DNA of 32,000 bases from Acaryochloris thomasi RCC1774 (lineage in GTDB: Bacteria > Cyanobacteriota > Cyanobacteriia > Thermosynechococcales > Thermosynechococcaceae), in the NCBI RefSeq assembly GCF_003231495.1, contig NZ_PQWO01000002.1, positions 360,001 to 392,000 of the forward strand. The letters are read 5' to 3'. Each line of letters begins with the position of its first letter. Position 1 is the first letter of the stretch. The position numbers and the translations under genes are program-made. Of this stretch, positions 1 through 8,597 are shown piece by piece. The notes under the pieces were generated by a model. It was not told the DNA's origin, searched no databases, and worked only from the letters and a program-made list of their open reading frames with translations.

Positions 1-1
1 A

Positions 2-418
2 GATTGGCTCTACGTTGAAGACCATTGTGAGGCTATTTGGCTGGTGCTGCAGCGGGGCCGCTTGGGAGAGTCTTACAATGTGGGTGGCAATAACGAAGTG
101 ACGAATCTAGAGGTTGTGCAGCAGATTTGTGCGAGACTCAACCAGTTATCGCCAAAAGAAAACTTCGACTATGCGTCTTTGGTAACGTTCGTGAAAGATC
201 GGCCAGGGCACGATCGCCGCTATGCGATTGACAGCACTAAGATTCAGCGTGAACTGGGCTGGGTGCCTCAAGAAAGTTTCGAAAGTGGCCTGTCGAAAAC
301 GATTCAGTGGTACCTAGACCATCCAGACTGGATTGAACAGGTGCGATCTGGCGCTTATCAAGCTTGGATTCAGCAAAACTATGATCATGCACGTTCTTCC
401 GCAGCTCCTGACTCTTGA
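2..418 (+). CDS. rfbB: dTDP-glucose 4,6-dehydratase, C-terminal part (5' end lies upstream of the window)
   Basis: Frame 2 is open from base 2 (DWLYVEDHCEAIWLVLQRGRLGESYNVGG...DRPGHDRRYAID...). This matches the conserved C-terminal half of RmlB/RfbB dehydratases. rfbA follows 15 nt downstream. Confidence 0.9.
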   Translation, partial: DWLYVEDHCEAIWLVLQRGRLGESYNVGGNNEVTNLEVVQQICARLNQLSPKENFDYASLVTFVKDRPGHDRRYAIDSTKIQRELGWVPQESFESGLSKTIQWYLDHPDWIEQVRSGAYQAWIQQNYDHARSSAAPDS

Positions 419-433
419 CTCGGCCCTAAACCC

Positions 434-1309
434 ATGAAAGGTATTGTTCTCGCCGGAGGCTCGGGCACTCGACTAGCTCCCCTCACTGAGGTGGTCAGTA
501 AGCAATTAATGCCGGTTTATGACAAGCCGATGATTTATTATCCCCTGTCAACCCTGATGCTGGCCGGGATTCGGGACATTTTGATTATCTCTACGCCCCG
601 TCATTTACCGTTATTTCAGCAACTGCTGGGTGATGGTCACCAGTGGGGGCTAGATCTGAGCTATGTTGAGCAACCCCGCCCCGAAGGACTGGCCCAGGCT
701 TTTATTCTGGGACGAGACTTCATTGGCGGGGAGCCGGTTTGTTTGGTGCTGGGTGACAACTTGTTTTATGGTCACGGCCTGCCAGAGGTTTTAGGTCAAG
801 GCGCTCAGCTACAGTCAGGAGCCTTAATCTTTGGCTATCGCGTGCTGGAACCGCAGCATTACGGCGTTGTGGAGTTTGACCAGGCTGGCTATGTGGTGGG
901 TTTAGAAGAAAAGCCCCAGCAGCCAAAGTCTAAATATGCGGTGCCGGGGATTTATTTCTACGACTCTAGGGTTGTTGAGTTTGCCGCTAAATTGAAGCCT
1001 TCGGCACGGGGTGAACTAGAAATTACGGATCTGAGTCGGGAGTACCTGAAGCGCGGCGAGTTGAAAGTGGAGCTTTTGGGCCGAGGCTATGCTTGGCTCG
1101 ATACTGGGACGCATGACACCTTGCATCAGGCGGGCAGCTTCATCCAGACGCTGGAGCAGCGCCAAGGGTTCAAGGTTGCCTGTGTTGAAGAGATTGCCTA
1201 CCGGCAAGGCTATATCGATGCGGCTCAACTTAGCCAATTGGCACAGCCGCTGGCGAAAAGCGGCTACGGAAAGTATTTACTCACTCTCCTGGAGAGTGAT
1301 CTCATCTAG
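434..1309 (+). CDS. rfbA: glucose-1-phosphate thymidylyltransferase
   Basis: The N-terminus [18 protein letters not shown] carries the G-x-G-T-R-L sugar-nucleotidyltransferase motif. The 291-aa length and the EKP..PKS.YAV.GIYFYD region are typical of RmlA. It sits directly after rfbB. Confidence 0.93.
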   Translation: MKGIVLAGGSGTRLAPLTEVVSKQLMPVYDKPMIYYPLSTLMLAGIRDILIISTPRHLPLFQQLLGDGHQWGLDLSYVEQPRPEGLAQAFILGRDFIGGEPVCLVLGDNLFYGHGLPEVLGQGAQLQSGALIFGYRVLEPQHYGVVEFDQAGYVVGLEEKPQQPKSKYAVPGIYFYDSRVVEFAAKLKPSARGELEITDLSREYLKRGELKVELLGRGYAWLDTGTHDTLHQAGSFIQTLEQRQGFKVACVEEIAYRQGYIDAAQLSQLAQPLAKSGYGKYLLTLLESDLI

Positions 1310-1384
1310 GTTCAATCTCATGCAATAGGATGCTTCTAGGTTCCTATGCAATACTGCAAATAATTATTTTTATTCTCTATCGTC

Positions 1385-1690
1385 ATGGCTCAGCCTCCGA
1401 AAGCCAAACTTGGACAACCTGACCAACAGCATCCTCAGTGGTATCGCGATCGCCAAGTTGCAGACCGATTGATGCGCGAAGAACCCACGAATCTCAACCT
1501 TGCTGAGCTGGCCCGCCTCCGGATTCGCTATACCGGTTTTCCGGGGGGCTGGGATATTCAGACGGATCTCGATACGGTCCTGAAAAAATGGGAACTGACC
1601 GAAGAATCGCTGTTTGAAAAGACGCGGTTGATTCATGAGACCGAGCAGCTCTACAGCATCAAAACTAGCAAGAAAGAAGACTGGACCTAG
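1385..1690 (+). CDS. conserved cyanobacterial hypothetical protein (resembles the DUF3288 family)
   Basis: A 101-aa ORF with an ATG start. The segment HPQWYRDRQVADRLM..NLAELARLRIRYTGFPG..DIQ.DLD..LKKW.LTEE.LFEKTR looks like a small protein family I recall as restricted to cyanobacteria. The family name is from memory, not from a search. Confidence 0.6.
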   Translation: MAQPPKAKLGQPDQQHPQWYRDRQVADRLMREEPTNLNLAELARLRIRYTGFPGGWDIQTDLDTVLKKWELTEESLFEKTRLIHETEQLYSIKTSKKEDWT

Positions 1691-1928
1691 GGTCGAGCTT
1701 TGCGGATGGGTCGATAATCGCTATATCAGACACAGACTGGATTTGAGGCAGACTGGTATGATTGATCTACCGCTTCATATAGAAGTGCTTAGGTCCTTTT
1801 CTGTAGACCTGCAGCGACTGCACCTCAGCGGCCTTTGTTCTGCGTGCAGACATTGGACTCTACGCGTCTACGCTACTGCCGTGATGAAAACGCTGAGGCT
1901 ATGACAATACCCAACATTGAGTTGCCCT

Positions 1929-3065
1929 ATGACAGCATGTGAGTATCAGATTGGTTTGGAAGGTATTCCTGCCGCCCAGTCAAGAATTAGCTACGTCGAT
2001 GGCAAGATTGGCCGATTAGAATATCGCGGCGTCCCAATTGAGCAGCTCGCGGAGCATGGAAGTTTTTTAGAAACCGCGTATCTATTGATTTGGGGCAAGT
2101 TTCCCACGGCAGATGATCTGTCAGCTTTCCAGTACGAGATTACCCATCACCGTCGGGCCAAGTACCGGATCCGAGACATGATGAAGTGCTTTCCTGAAAG
2201 CGGTCACCCGATGGACGCTTTGCAGGCTTCAGCGGCGGCGCTGGGGCTGTTCTATTCCAAGCGGGCGCTAGATGACCCGACCTATATTCGGCGGGCTGTG
2301 GTGCGGCTGCTGGCGAAAATCCCGACGATGGTGGCGGCGTTTGAGCATATCCGCAAGGGGAATGACCCCATTCAGCCCCGTGATGATTTGAGCTATGCGG
2401 CGAATTTTCTTTACATGCTCAATGAGCAGGAACCCGATCCGATACAGGCTCATATTTTTGATACCTGTCTGACGCTCCATGCCGAGCATACGATGAATGC
2501 CTCGACCTTCTCTGCGCGGGTGACGGCTTCAACGCTGACGGATCCCTATGCGATTGTGGCGTCTGCGGTCGGCACTCTGGGCGGGCCGCTCCACGGGGGG
2601 GCCAATGAAGAAGTCATTGAGATGCTGGAGCAGATTGGCTCTGTGGAAAATGTCCGACCCTTCTTGGAAGAGAAGTTCGCGACCAAATCTAAGATTATGG
2701 GCTTTGGGCATCGCGTCTATAAGGTAAAAGATCCTCGGGCTAAGATTTTGCAAAAGCTGGTGGAGGAGCTGTTCGGTGAGCTAGGGAGCGATAAGTATTA
2801 CGAAATCGCTCTGGAGCTGGAGAAGATTGTTACCGACAAGCTAGGGGACAAAGGTATTCATCCCAACGTTGATTTTTATTCTGGGCTGGTCTACAAGCGG
2901 CTGGGGATTCCGACGGATTTGTTTACACCGATATTTGCGATCGCAAGGGTTGCTGGCTGGCTTGCCCACTGGCGGGAACAGCTCGAAGCCAACCGTATCT
3001 ATCGGCCTACCCAGATTTATATTGGTGAGCATAACCAGCCTTATCTACCAATTGCCGAGCGCTAA
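1929..3065 (+). CDS. gltA: citrate synthase
   Basis: GLEGIPAAQSRISYVDG..G.LEYRG, HAEHTMNASTF, GPLHGGANE, GFGHRVYK..DPRA and DFYSG are the hallmark citrate synthase motifs. The ORF track opens at a TTG at 1917, but the ATG at 1929 (MTACEYQ) is the more likely start. Confidence 0.93.
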   Translation: MTACEYQIGLEGIPAAQSRISYVDGKIGRLEYRGVPIEQLAEHGSFLETAYLLIWGKFPTADDLSAFQYEITHHRRAKYRIRDMMKCFPESGHPMDALQASAAALGLFYSKRALDDPTYIRRAVVRLLAKIPTMVAAFEHIRKGNDPIQPRDDLSYAANFLYMLNEQEPDPIQAHIFDTCLTLHAEHTMNASTFSARVTASTLTDPYAIVASAVGTLGGPLHGGANEEVIEMLEQIGSVENVRPFLEEKFATKSKIMGFGHRVYKVKDPRAKILQKLVEELFGELGSDKYYEIALELEKIVTDKLGDKGIHPNVDFYSGLVYKRLGIPTDLFTPIFAIARVAGWLAHWREQLEANRIYRPTQIYIGEHNQPYLPIAER

Positions 3066-3136
3066 GTCCCTGAAAAAGCGCAGGGGCACTATACTGAGTA
3101 AGGTCAAAAAAAACATCACAAACATCAGAGCAGGAC

Positions 3137-4255
3137 ATGAACCCAGGCATTGATCTGCAGCAACGCTTCATCGAGACCTTAATGGGCTACGGCCTTTCAC
3201 CGGGTGCAGCCAAAGCTGTCTGGCTTCCCCTTCCCCTTTTACTGATGCTCATTGGAGCCACGGTCGGTGTCCTCGTCGCCGTTTGGCTAGAGCGGAAGAT
3301 CTCCGCCGCCGCTCAGCAACGTATCGGTCCCGAATTTATTGGCCCACTGGGCATTCTGGCCCCAGTCGCTGACGGTATCAAGCTCGTCTTTAAAGAAGAT
3401 ATTGTCCCCGCAGAAGCCGATCCCTGGCTCTTTCTTCTAGGACCGGTGATTGTCGTCATCCCCGTTTTCCTGTCCTACCTAATCGTGCCCTTCGGTCAAA
3501 ATCTGATGATTACCGACTTGGGCCTCGGTATTTTCCTCTGGATTGCCCTCTCTAGCATTGTTCCCATCGGCTTGCTGATGGCGGGCTACGCCTCTAACAA
3601 CAAGTACGCCCTGATCGGTGGTCTGAGAGCTGCAGCACAGTCAATTAGCTATGAAATTCCGCTCGCGCTGGCCGTACTCGCCGTCGTGATGATGTCTAAC
3701 AGCCTTAGTACTGTCGATATCGTCAACCAGCAGTCCGGTTATGGAATTCTGGGATGGAACGTCTGGCGACAGCCTGCCGGTCTACTCCTGTTCTGGATCT
3801 CCGCCCTCGCAGAATGTGAACGGATGCCCTTTGACCTTCCTGAAGCAGAAGAAGAAATTGTTGCCGGTTACCAAACAGAATATTCCGGCATGAAATTTGC
3901 CCTGTTCTATCTGGGGTCTTACGTTAACTTAGTACTATCGGCCCTGCTTGTTTCAGTTCTTTACCTGGGTGGCTGGGATTTTCCTATACCCATTGGTTTG
4001 CTAGCGAACTGGATCCACATCAGCCCCGATAATGCTGTTCTGCAGATTGTAACGGGTGGCCTCGGGATTGTAATGACCCTGCTGAAGGCATATGTCTTCG
4101 TCTTCATCGCCATCTTGCTGCGCTGGACTGTACCCAGGGTTCGTATTGATCAGCTCCTTGACCTAGGCTGGAAGTTCTTGTTGCCCATTGGCCTTGTGAA
4201 TTTGCTGATGACCGCAGGACTCAAGCTAGCCTTCCCTTTTGCCTTTGGCGGCTAG
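3137..4255 (+). CDS. ndhA: NAD(P)H-quinone oxidoreductase (NDH-1) subunit 1/H
   Basis: A 372-aa polytopic membrane protein with [37 protein letters not shown] and [30 protein letters not shown], all NuoH/NdhA signatures. It is the first gene of the ndhAIGE order. Confidence 0.95.
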   Translation: MNPGIDLQQRFIETLMGYGLSPGAAKAVWLPLPLLLMLIGATVGVLVAVWLERKISAAAQQRIGPEFIGPLGILAPVADGIKLVFKEDIVPAEADPWLFLLGPVIVVIPVFLSYLIVPFGQNLMITDLGLGIFLWIALSSIVPIGLLMAGYASNNKYALIGGLRAAAQSISYEIPLALAVLAVVMMSNSLSTVDIVNQQSGYGILGWNVWRQPAGLLLFWISALAECERMPFDLPEAEEEIVAGYQTEYSGMKFALFYLGSYVNLVLSALLVSVLYLGGWDFPIPIGLLANWIHISPDNAVLQIVTGGLGIVMTLLKAYVFVFIAILLRWTVPRVRIDQLLDLGWKFLLPIGLVNLLMTAGLKLAFPFAFGG

Positions 4256-4310
4256 TCTTTGCCTGAAACCGTGCCCATACCTTCAACCTTTTTTAGAGAA
4301 TGACCTCACC

Positions 4311-4925
4311 ATGCTGAAATTTCTGAAGCAAGTCGGTGGCTACGCCAAGGAAACTCTTCAGTCTGCCCGCTACATTGGGCAGGGCCTGTCAGTGACCTTT
4401 GACCATATGAGCCGCCGCCCGGTTACGGTTCAATACCCCTACGAGAAGCTGATTCCTTCCGAGCGATTCCGAGGGCGAATTCACTTTGAATTTGATAAGT
4501 GTATTTCCTGTGAAGTTTGTGTCCGGGTCTGCCCCATCAACCTGCCGGTCGTCGATTGGGAATTCAACAAAGCGCTCAAGAAAAAGCAGCTTAAGCATTA
4601 CAGTATTGACTTCGGCGTCTGTATTTTTTGCGCTAACTGTGTCGAGTACTGCCCGACCAACTGTCTATCGGTTACAGAAGAGTACGAACTCTCAACCTTT
4701 GACCGTCACGAGCTCAACTACGACAACGTTGCCATGGGGCGTCTGCCCTATAAAGTCACAGAAGATCCGATGGTGACCCCCATTCGGGAGTTTGCATATC
4801 TGCCCGAAAAAGTGCTGAGTGGGCATGATGCCCCTGCCAATGCCGCCCGTGCCGGACAGCGCCCTGAAGAGATTGTGGCCGCGGCCCCCCCGAAACAGGA
4901 AGAAAAGGAGACTGAAGCTCAGTGA
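4311..4925 (+). CDS. ndhI: NDH-1 subunit I (2x[4Fe-4S] ferredoxin-type)
   Basis: It has two CxxCxxCxxxCP motifs ([12 protein letters not shown] and [12 protein letters not shown]). The N-terminus [26 protein letters not shown] is typical of NdhI. The ATG at 4311 is preferred over the track's 4239 start, which would overlap ndhA and add a non-conserved leader. Confidence 0.92.
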   Translation: MLKFLKQVGGYAKETLQSARYIGQGLSVTFDHMSRRPVTVQYPYEKLIPSERFRGRIHFEFDKCISCEVCVRVCPINLPVVDWEFNKALKKKQLKHYSIDFGVCIFCANCVEYCPTNCLSVTEEYELSTFDRHELNYDNVAMGRLPYKVTEDPMVTPIREFAYLPEKVLSGHDAPANAARAGQRPEEIVAAAPPKQEEKETEAQ

Positions 4926-5521
4926 ATTTAGCAGAAGGGATTCGATTTGTTTGTTCGATCTTGCTAGCCGCCATGATGATTGGCGCAGCGCTGGGCGTTG
5001 TTCTGTTTGAGAACATTGTCTATTCCGCCTTTACCCTAGCGGGCGTCTTTATGAGCATTGCAGGTTTGTATATCCTGCTGAATGCTGATTTTGTATCTGC
5101 TGCCCAAGTTCTGGTTTATGTAGGGGCCGTCAATGTTCTTATTTTGTTCGCAATCATGCTCGTGAACAAGCGGGAAGATTTCAAGCCTGTTCCTCGTCGC
5201 TGGATTCGCCAAGGCGCTGCGGCAGTGGTCTGTGCGGGGGTTTTTGCCCTGCTCGCCACAATGGTTGTACAGACAAGCTGGGGCACGAATCTTGCGCTAA
5301 TTCCGCCGGAGTCGACCTCGCTTCTGATTGGCGAACATTTTTTCAGCGACTACTTGCTTCCCTTCGAGCTGGCTTCGATTCTGCTGCTGATGGCGTTGGT
5401 CGGAGCGATTGTCATTGCTCGTCGAGAGTCAATTATGGGTGAAGAGACCGCCATCGTTGGCGAGACCCCTCCTCCAGTTTTGGAGCTGCCTGAGCGTCCT
5501 CGAGAGCCTGTTGCTCGATAA
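4922..5521 (+). CDS. ndhG: NDH-1 subunit 6/J-type membrane subunit
   Basis: MNLAEG...[30 protein letters not shown] is the conserved NdhG/NuoJ core. The GTG start overlaps the ndhI stop by 4 nt. Confidence 0.92.
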   Translation: MNLAEGIRFVCSILLAAMMIGAALGVVLFENIVYSAFTLAGVFMSIAGLYILLNADFVSAAQVLVYVGAVNVLILFAIMLVNKREDFKPVPRRWIRQGAAAVVCAGVFALLATMVVQTSWGTNLALIPPESTSLLIGEHFFSDYLLPFELASILLLMALVGAIVIARRESIMGEETAIVGETPPPVLELPERPREPVAR

Positions 5522-5580
5522 AGGTAAGCTCAACTAGTGCTTAAGCCTCTTGATAAGCTCTGCTTAACCGTCCTTTGTAA

Positions 5581-5895
5581 ATGAGTCCCATGCCTTTAGA
5601 GTTCTTTCTTTTACTTGCTGCCGCCCTCTTTTGTATCGGGATTTACGGCCTCGTGACCAGTCGGAATGCTGTGCGGGTACTGATGTCTGTTGAACTGCTG
5701 CTGAACGCAGTCAATTTGAACTTGGTTTCGTTCTCGAATTATCTCGATGGAGCCAATATTAGAGGACAGGTCTTCACTGTTTTTGTGATTACGGTTGCTG
5801 CCGCTGAGGCCGCTGTCGGGCTGGCCATTATCCTAGCGATCTATCGCAGCCGCGACACGATCGATATGGAGCAGTTTAATCTACTGAAGTGGTAG
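5581..5895 (+). CDS. ndhE: NDH-1 subunit 4L
   Basis: A 104-aa three-helix protein. [20 protein letters not shown]...[17 protein letters not shown] is the NuoK/NdhE signature. It is the last gene of the ndhAIGE order. Confidence 0.93.
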   Translation: MSPMPLEFFLLLAAALFCIGIYGLVTSRNAVRVLMSVELLLNAVNLNLVSFSNYLDGANIRGQVFTVFVITVAAAEAAVGLAIILAIYRSRDTIDMEQFNLLKW

Positions 5896-5898
5896 GTC

Positions 5899-6450
5899 AT
5901 GACTCAGGCGCTCAAAATACAGGTCCAGATCCTGGGGAGTATGGTGGCCCTGATGTGGGCTTCAGCGCTCCTGAACCTCTTCCTATTTCGTGGTTCCCTC
6001 GTTGAGTTTGGAATCATTCCGCGTGCCGTGGTTGGGCTGCGGGGAATTTTGTTTGCTCCTTTTCTCCATGCGGGATTAGGGCATTTGATGGCCAATACAG
6101 TCCCCTTTATTGTTTTGGGCTGGCTGGTTCTGATTCGCTCGACGGAAGATTTTTTCATGGTGACTGCGATCGCAATGGGCGTTGGCGGTTTGGGCACATG
6201 GTTCTTTGCAGGCTCTAGAACAGTCCACGTTGGCGCAAGTGGACTGATTTTTGGTTACCTTGGTTACTTGCTGCTGCGCGGGTACTTTGAGCGCAGCTTT
6301 GCCGCCAGCTTTCTATCGATTCTGGTCGCGGTTCTTTACGGCAGTTTGGTCTTCGGGGTTCTGCCCTCTGTCCCTGGTATCTCTTGGCAGGGGCATCTAT
6401 TTGGATTCTTGGGCGGCGGAGTCGCGGCTCGATTTTTGGCTAAACCCTAG
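5899..6450 (+). CDS. rhomboid-family intramembrane serine protease
   Basis: A polytopic 183-aa protein with the GxSG catalytic-serine motif (HVGASGLIFGYLG) and a downstream catalytic-His helix (QGHLFGFLGG). An HAGLGHLMAN segment is also present. The start is 3 nt after the ndhE stop. Confidence 0.8.
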   Translation: MTQALKIQVQILGSMVALMWASALLNLFLFRGSLVEFGIIPRAVVGLRGILFAPFLHAGLGHLMANTVPFIVLGWLVLIRSTEDFFMVTAIAMGVGGLGTWFFAGSRTVHVGASGLIFGYLGYLLLRGYFERSFAASFLSILVAVLYGSLVFGVLPSVPGISWQGHLFGFLGGGVAARFLAKP

Positions 6451-6514
6451 ATTCTTTTGCCACAATTGAGGGAAGGAGGTTCGTCTCTCCACTCATATTC
6501 CCTAGATTCTGGCT

Positions 6515-7414
6515 ATGTTCAAGCATCTTGTGCGTTTTGTCTCTTCCGGTTTGTTTGTTTCCCTGTGGGCGATTTCTCCTCTGGCTGCAGCTCAGGAGCC
6601 AGCCGATTGTCGTCCGTCGGTTGTCGATAGCTTGAAGCAGTACACCATCACCTCGGGAGAAACGCTCACCACTGTATCGGCAAAGTTTCAGCTTTTACCC
6701 ACAACCCTCATGGGGTTAAATCCTTCGCTGAGACAGGGGCAGGCTCCTGCGGGCACGAAAATTGCGGTACCTCCCTACAACGGCATTTTAGTGTCGGTTC
6801 CTCGCGGTAAAACAATTCACGATTTAGCTAAGGCCTACCGAGTGCGCCCTGATGTTTTATTTGAACTCAACGGATGCCAGAAAACGCCAGAAGTGGCGTT
6901 TGTTCCTGGTGTCAATTGGTCGCCGCTGCTCCATAATCAGCCCACTGGGATTGCACCCTTTCAGGATCTATTCAAAACGCAGCAGATTGCCACTGCCTAT
7001 GAGCGAGATCGCTACCCTCTACCTAAACCCGCAAAAACATTGGGAGCCTACGGCTGGCGCGTCAACCCTAAGACCCAAGCGGCTGAGTTCTATACCAGCG
7101 TAGACTTAGCTGCAGCCCCTGCTATGCCTGTGTATGCCGTTGCTGATGGAACGGTGGCCTTTGCTGGAGAAGAGGAAGGTGGCTCCATTGTTGTCATCAA
7201 CCACAGTCAGGGCCGCCAGACTCGCTATCTGCAGCTTTCTGATTTGGCCGTGCAGACGGGGCAAACCGTTCAGCGTGGGACTCAGCTTGGAGCCGTTGCA
7301 GCCGCAACCGAGACCAATGCTTTCCTTCGTTTTGAAGTGCGCTCTCGTTCAAGCTTGGGCTGGGTCGCTCAAGATCCGCAGCCTTATCTAGAACTTCTGA
7401 GTCAACAGCTTTAG
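6515..7414 (+). CDS. secreted LysM + degenerate LytM (M23-like) protein, NlpD/EnvC-type putative amidase activator
   Basis: It has a signal peptide (LWAISPLAAAQE) and a LysM-like segment (YTITSGETLTTVSAKFQL..LMGLNP). The C-terminal M23 fold (VYAVADGTVAFAG..IVVINHS.G.QTRY..L....V..GQTV.RGTQLG) has its zinc ligands replaced. HxxxD reads YTSVD, and HLHFE reads FLRFE. Confidence 0.8.
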   Translation: MFKHLVRFVSSGLFVSLWAISPLAAAQEPADCRPSVVDSLKQYTITSGETLTTVSAKFQLLPTTLMGLNPSLRQGQAPAGTKIAVPPYNGILVSVPRGKTIHDLAKAYRVRPDVLFELNGCQKTPEVAFVPGVNWSPLLHNQPTGIAPFQDLFKTQQIATAYERDRYPLPKPAKTLGAYGWRVNPKTQAAEFYTSVDLAAAPAMPVYAVADGTVAFAGEEEGGSIVVINHSQGRQTRYLQLSDLAVQTGQTVQRGTQLGAVAAATETNAFLRFEVRSRSSLGWVAQDPQPYLELLSQQL

Positions 7415-7476
7415 GGGCCAAATGCTAGAATTTGACCGTCAAAGTTTCTGATTTATGAGCTATGGCGATTTGATGA

Positions 7477-8040
7477 TTGAGTGACTCCATGACTGCTGAC
7501 GATGACTACTACCCCAAACGTTTACCTCCCCGCCTGACGAAGGCGCAGATGTGGGTGCGGGTCGCTGCTTCAGCAATTGATTTTTCTTTAGCGTGGCTGC
7601 TGAGTACTGTCGCGATCACGGGTGATGCACAGCTCCAGCTAGGACAGTGGGTGATTTTTGCCGTGCTTTGGCTGCTGTTGCGGGTCGCGGTGGTGATCAA
7701 TAATCAAGGTCAAAGTCCGGGGCACTGGGCGATGGATCTTAAGGTCGTTGATGCCCGTTCGGCCAAACTGCCTAGAATTGAAGACTTACTCAAGCGAGAG
7801 GCGATCGCGGGGGGAGGCTGTCTGCTGCTGCTGATCGGCTTCAGTACGGGCGGGTTTGCACTGCTGGCGTTTATTGTGCCTTTAGCGATTGATAACGGCA
7901 TTGGGCTGGCTGATCCGGTTCGCCTACAGACTTTCCATGATCGATGGGTTGATACCGTCGTTATTTATACGACCCGCGGCTACTCATTAGATCTGAAGCT
8001 GAAGAAAGTTCTGACACAAGCTCAACAACGTGTGCGATAA
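7477..8040 (+). CDS. RDD-family membrane protein
   Basis: R..A..IDF at the first helix (RVAASAIDFSLAWLL), then GQSPGHWAMDLKVVD, and 3-4 hydrophobic helices fit the RDD family. The track start is a TTG at 7477. An ATG at 7489 is an alternative start. Confidence 0.7.
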   Translation: MSDSMTADDDYYPKRLPPRLTKAQMWVRVAASAIDFSLAWLLSTVAITGDAQLQLGQWVIFAVLWLLLRVAVVINNQGQSPGHWAMDLKVVDARSAKLPRIEDLLKREAIAGGGCLLLLIGFSTGGFALLAFIVPLAIDNGIGLADPVRLQTFHDRWVDTVVIYTTRGYSLDLKLKKVLTQAQQRVR

Positions 8041-8083
8041 TTGGGGCTTGTGTTTAATTTATGTTTAGCGTCTAGAGAAGACC

Positions 8084-8272
8084 ATGGCTAAAGGCGTCCG
8101 TGTCATTATTACTCTCGAGTGCACCGAGTGTCGCTCGAATTCAACTCCCCGTTCACCGGGTGTATCTCGATACACCACGACTAAAAATCGTCGGAATACA
8201 ACGGGGCGCTTAGAACTTAAAAAGTTCTGTACCCACTGCAACAAGCATACTCCTCACAAAGAAATCAAATAG
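8084..8272 (+). CDS. rpmG: 50S ribosomal protein L33
   Basis: [17 protein letters not shown]...[28 protein letters not shown] is a canonical L33 sequence with CxxC...CxxC. Confidence 0.95.
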   Translation: MAKGVRVIITLECTECRSNSTPRSPGVSRYTTTKNRRNTTGRLELKKFCTHCNKHTPHKEIK

Positions 8273-8319
8273 TGCGTTTTGCACATCGTCCACAGTTTCA
8301 ATTCAGATAGAGCAACGTT

Positions 8320-8535
8320 ATGGCCTATTTCCGCCGCCGCATTTCTCCGATCAAGCCCGGTGAGCCCATCGACTACAAGGATGTAGATTTACTGCGCCGA
8401 TTTATTACTGAGCGAGGTAAGATCTTGCCCCAGCGCATTACGGGTTTAACGTCCCGGCAGCAGAGAGATCTGACGCGGGCCATTAAGCGGGCAAGAACTC
8501 TGGCTTTGCTGCCCTTCATTAACCGAGAAAGCTAG
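8320..8535 (+). CDS. rpsR: 30S ribosomal protein S18
   Basis: [45 protein letters not shown] is the canonical S18 sequence. Confidence 0.95.
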   Translation: MAYFRRRISPIKPGEPIDYKDVDLLRRFITERGKILPQRITGLTSRQQRDLTRAIKRARTLALLPFINRES

Positions 8536-8597
8536 TCACGTCCGTATCTCATGCGTTCAAGAAAGTGAGAGCCTGCCGCCCTATTTGACGAGCTACC

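Noticed and set aside
1756-1770. An NtcA-like GTA...TAC element upstream of gltA.
   Set aside because: The spacer is 9 nt, not the canonical 8, and there is no properly spaced -10 box about 22 nt downstream.
1635-1904. An 89-aa ORF spanning the gap between the DUF3288-like gene and gltA.
   Set aside because: It overlaps the end of the upstream gene in another frame, and it has an Arg/Leu/Cys-rich composition with no motif or RBS.
4239-4310. An N-terminal extension of ndhI offered by the ORF track (start at 4239, overlapping ndhA).
   Set aside because: The conserved NdhI N-terminus begins at MLKFLKQ (ATG at 4311). The extension is non-conserved and overlaps the ndhA 3' end.
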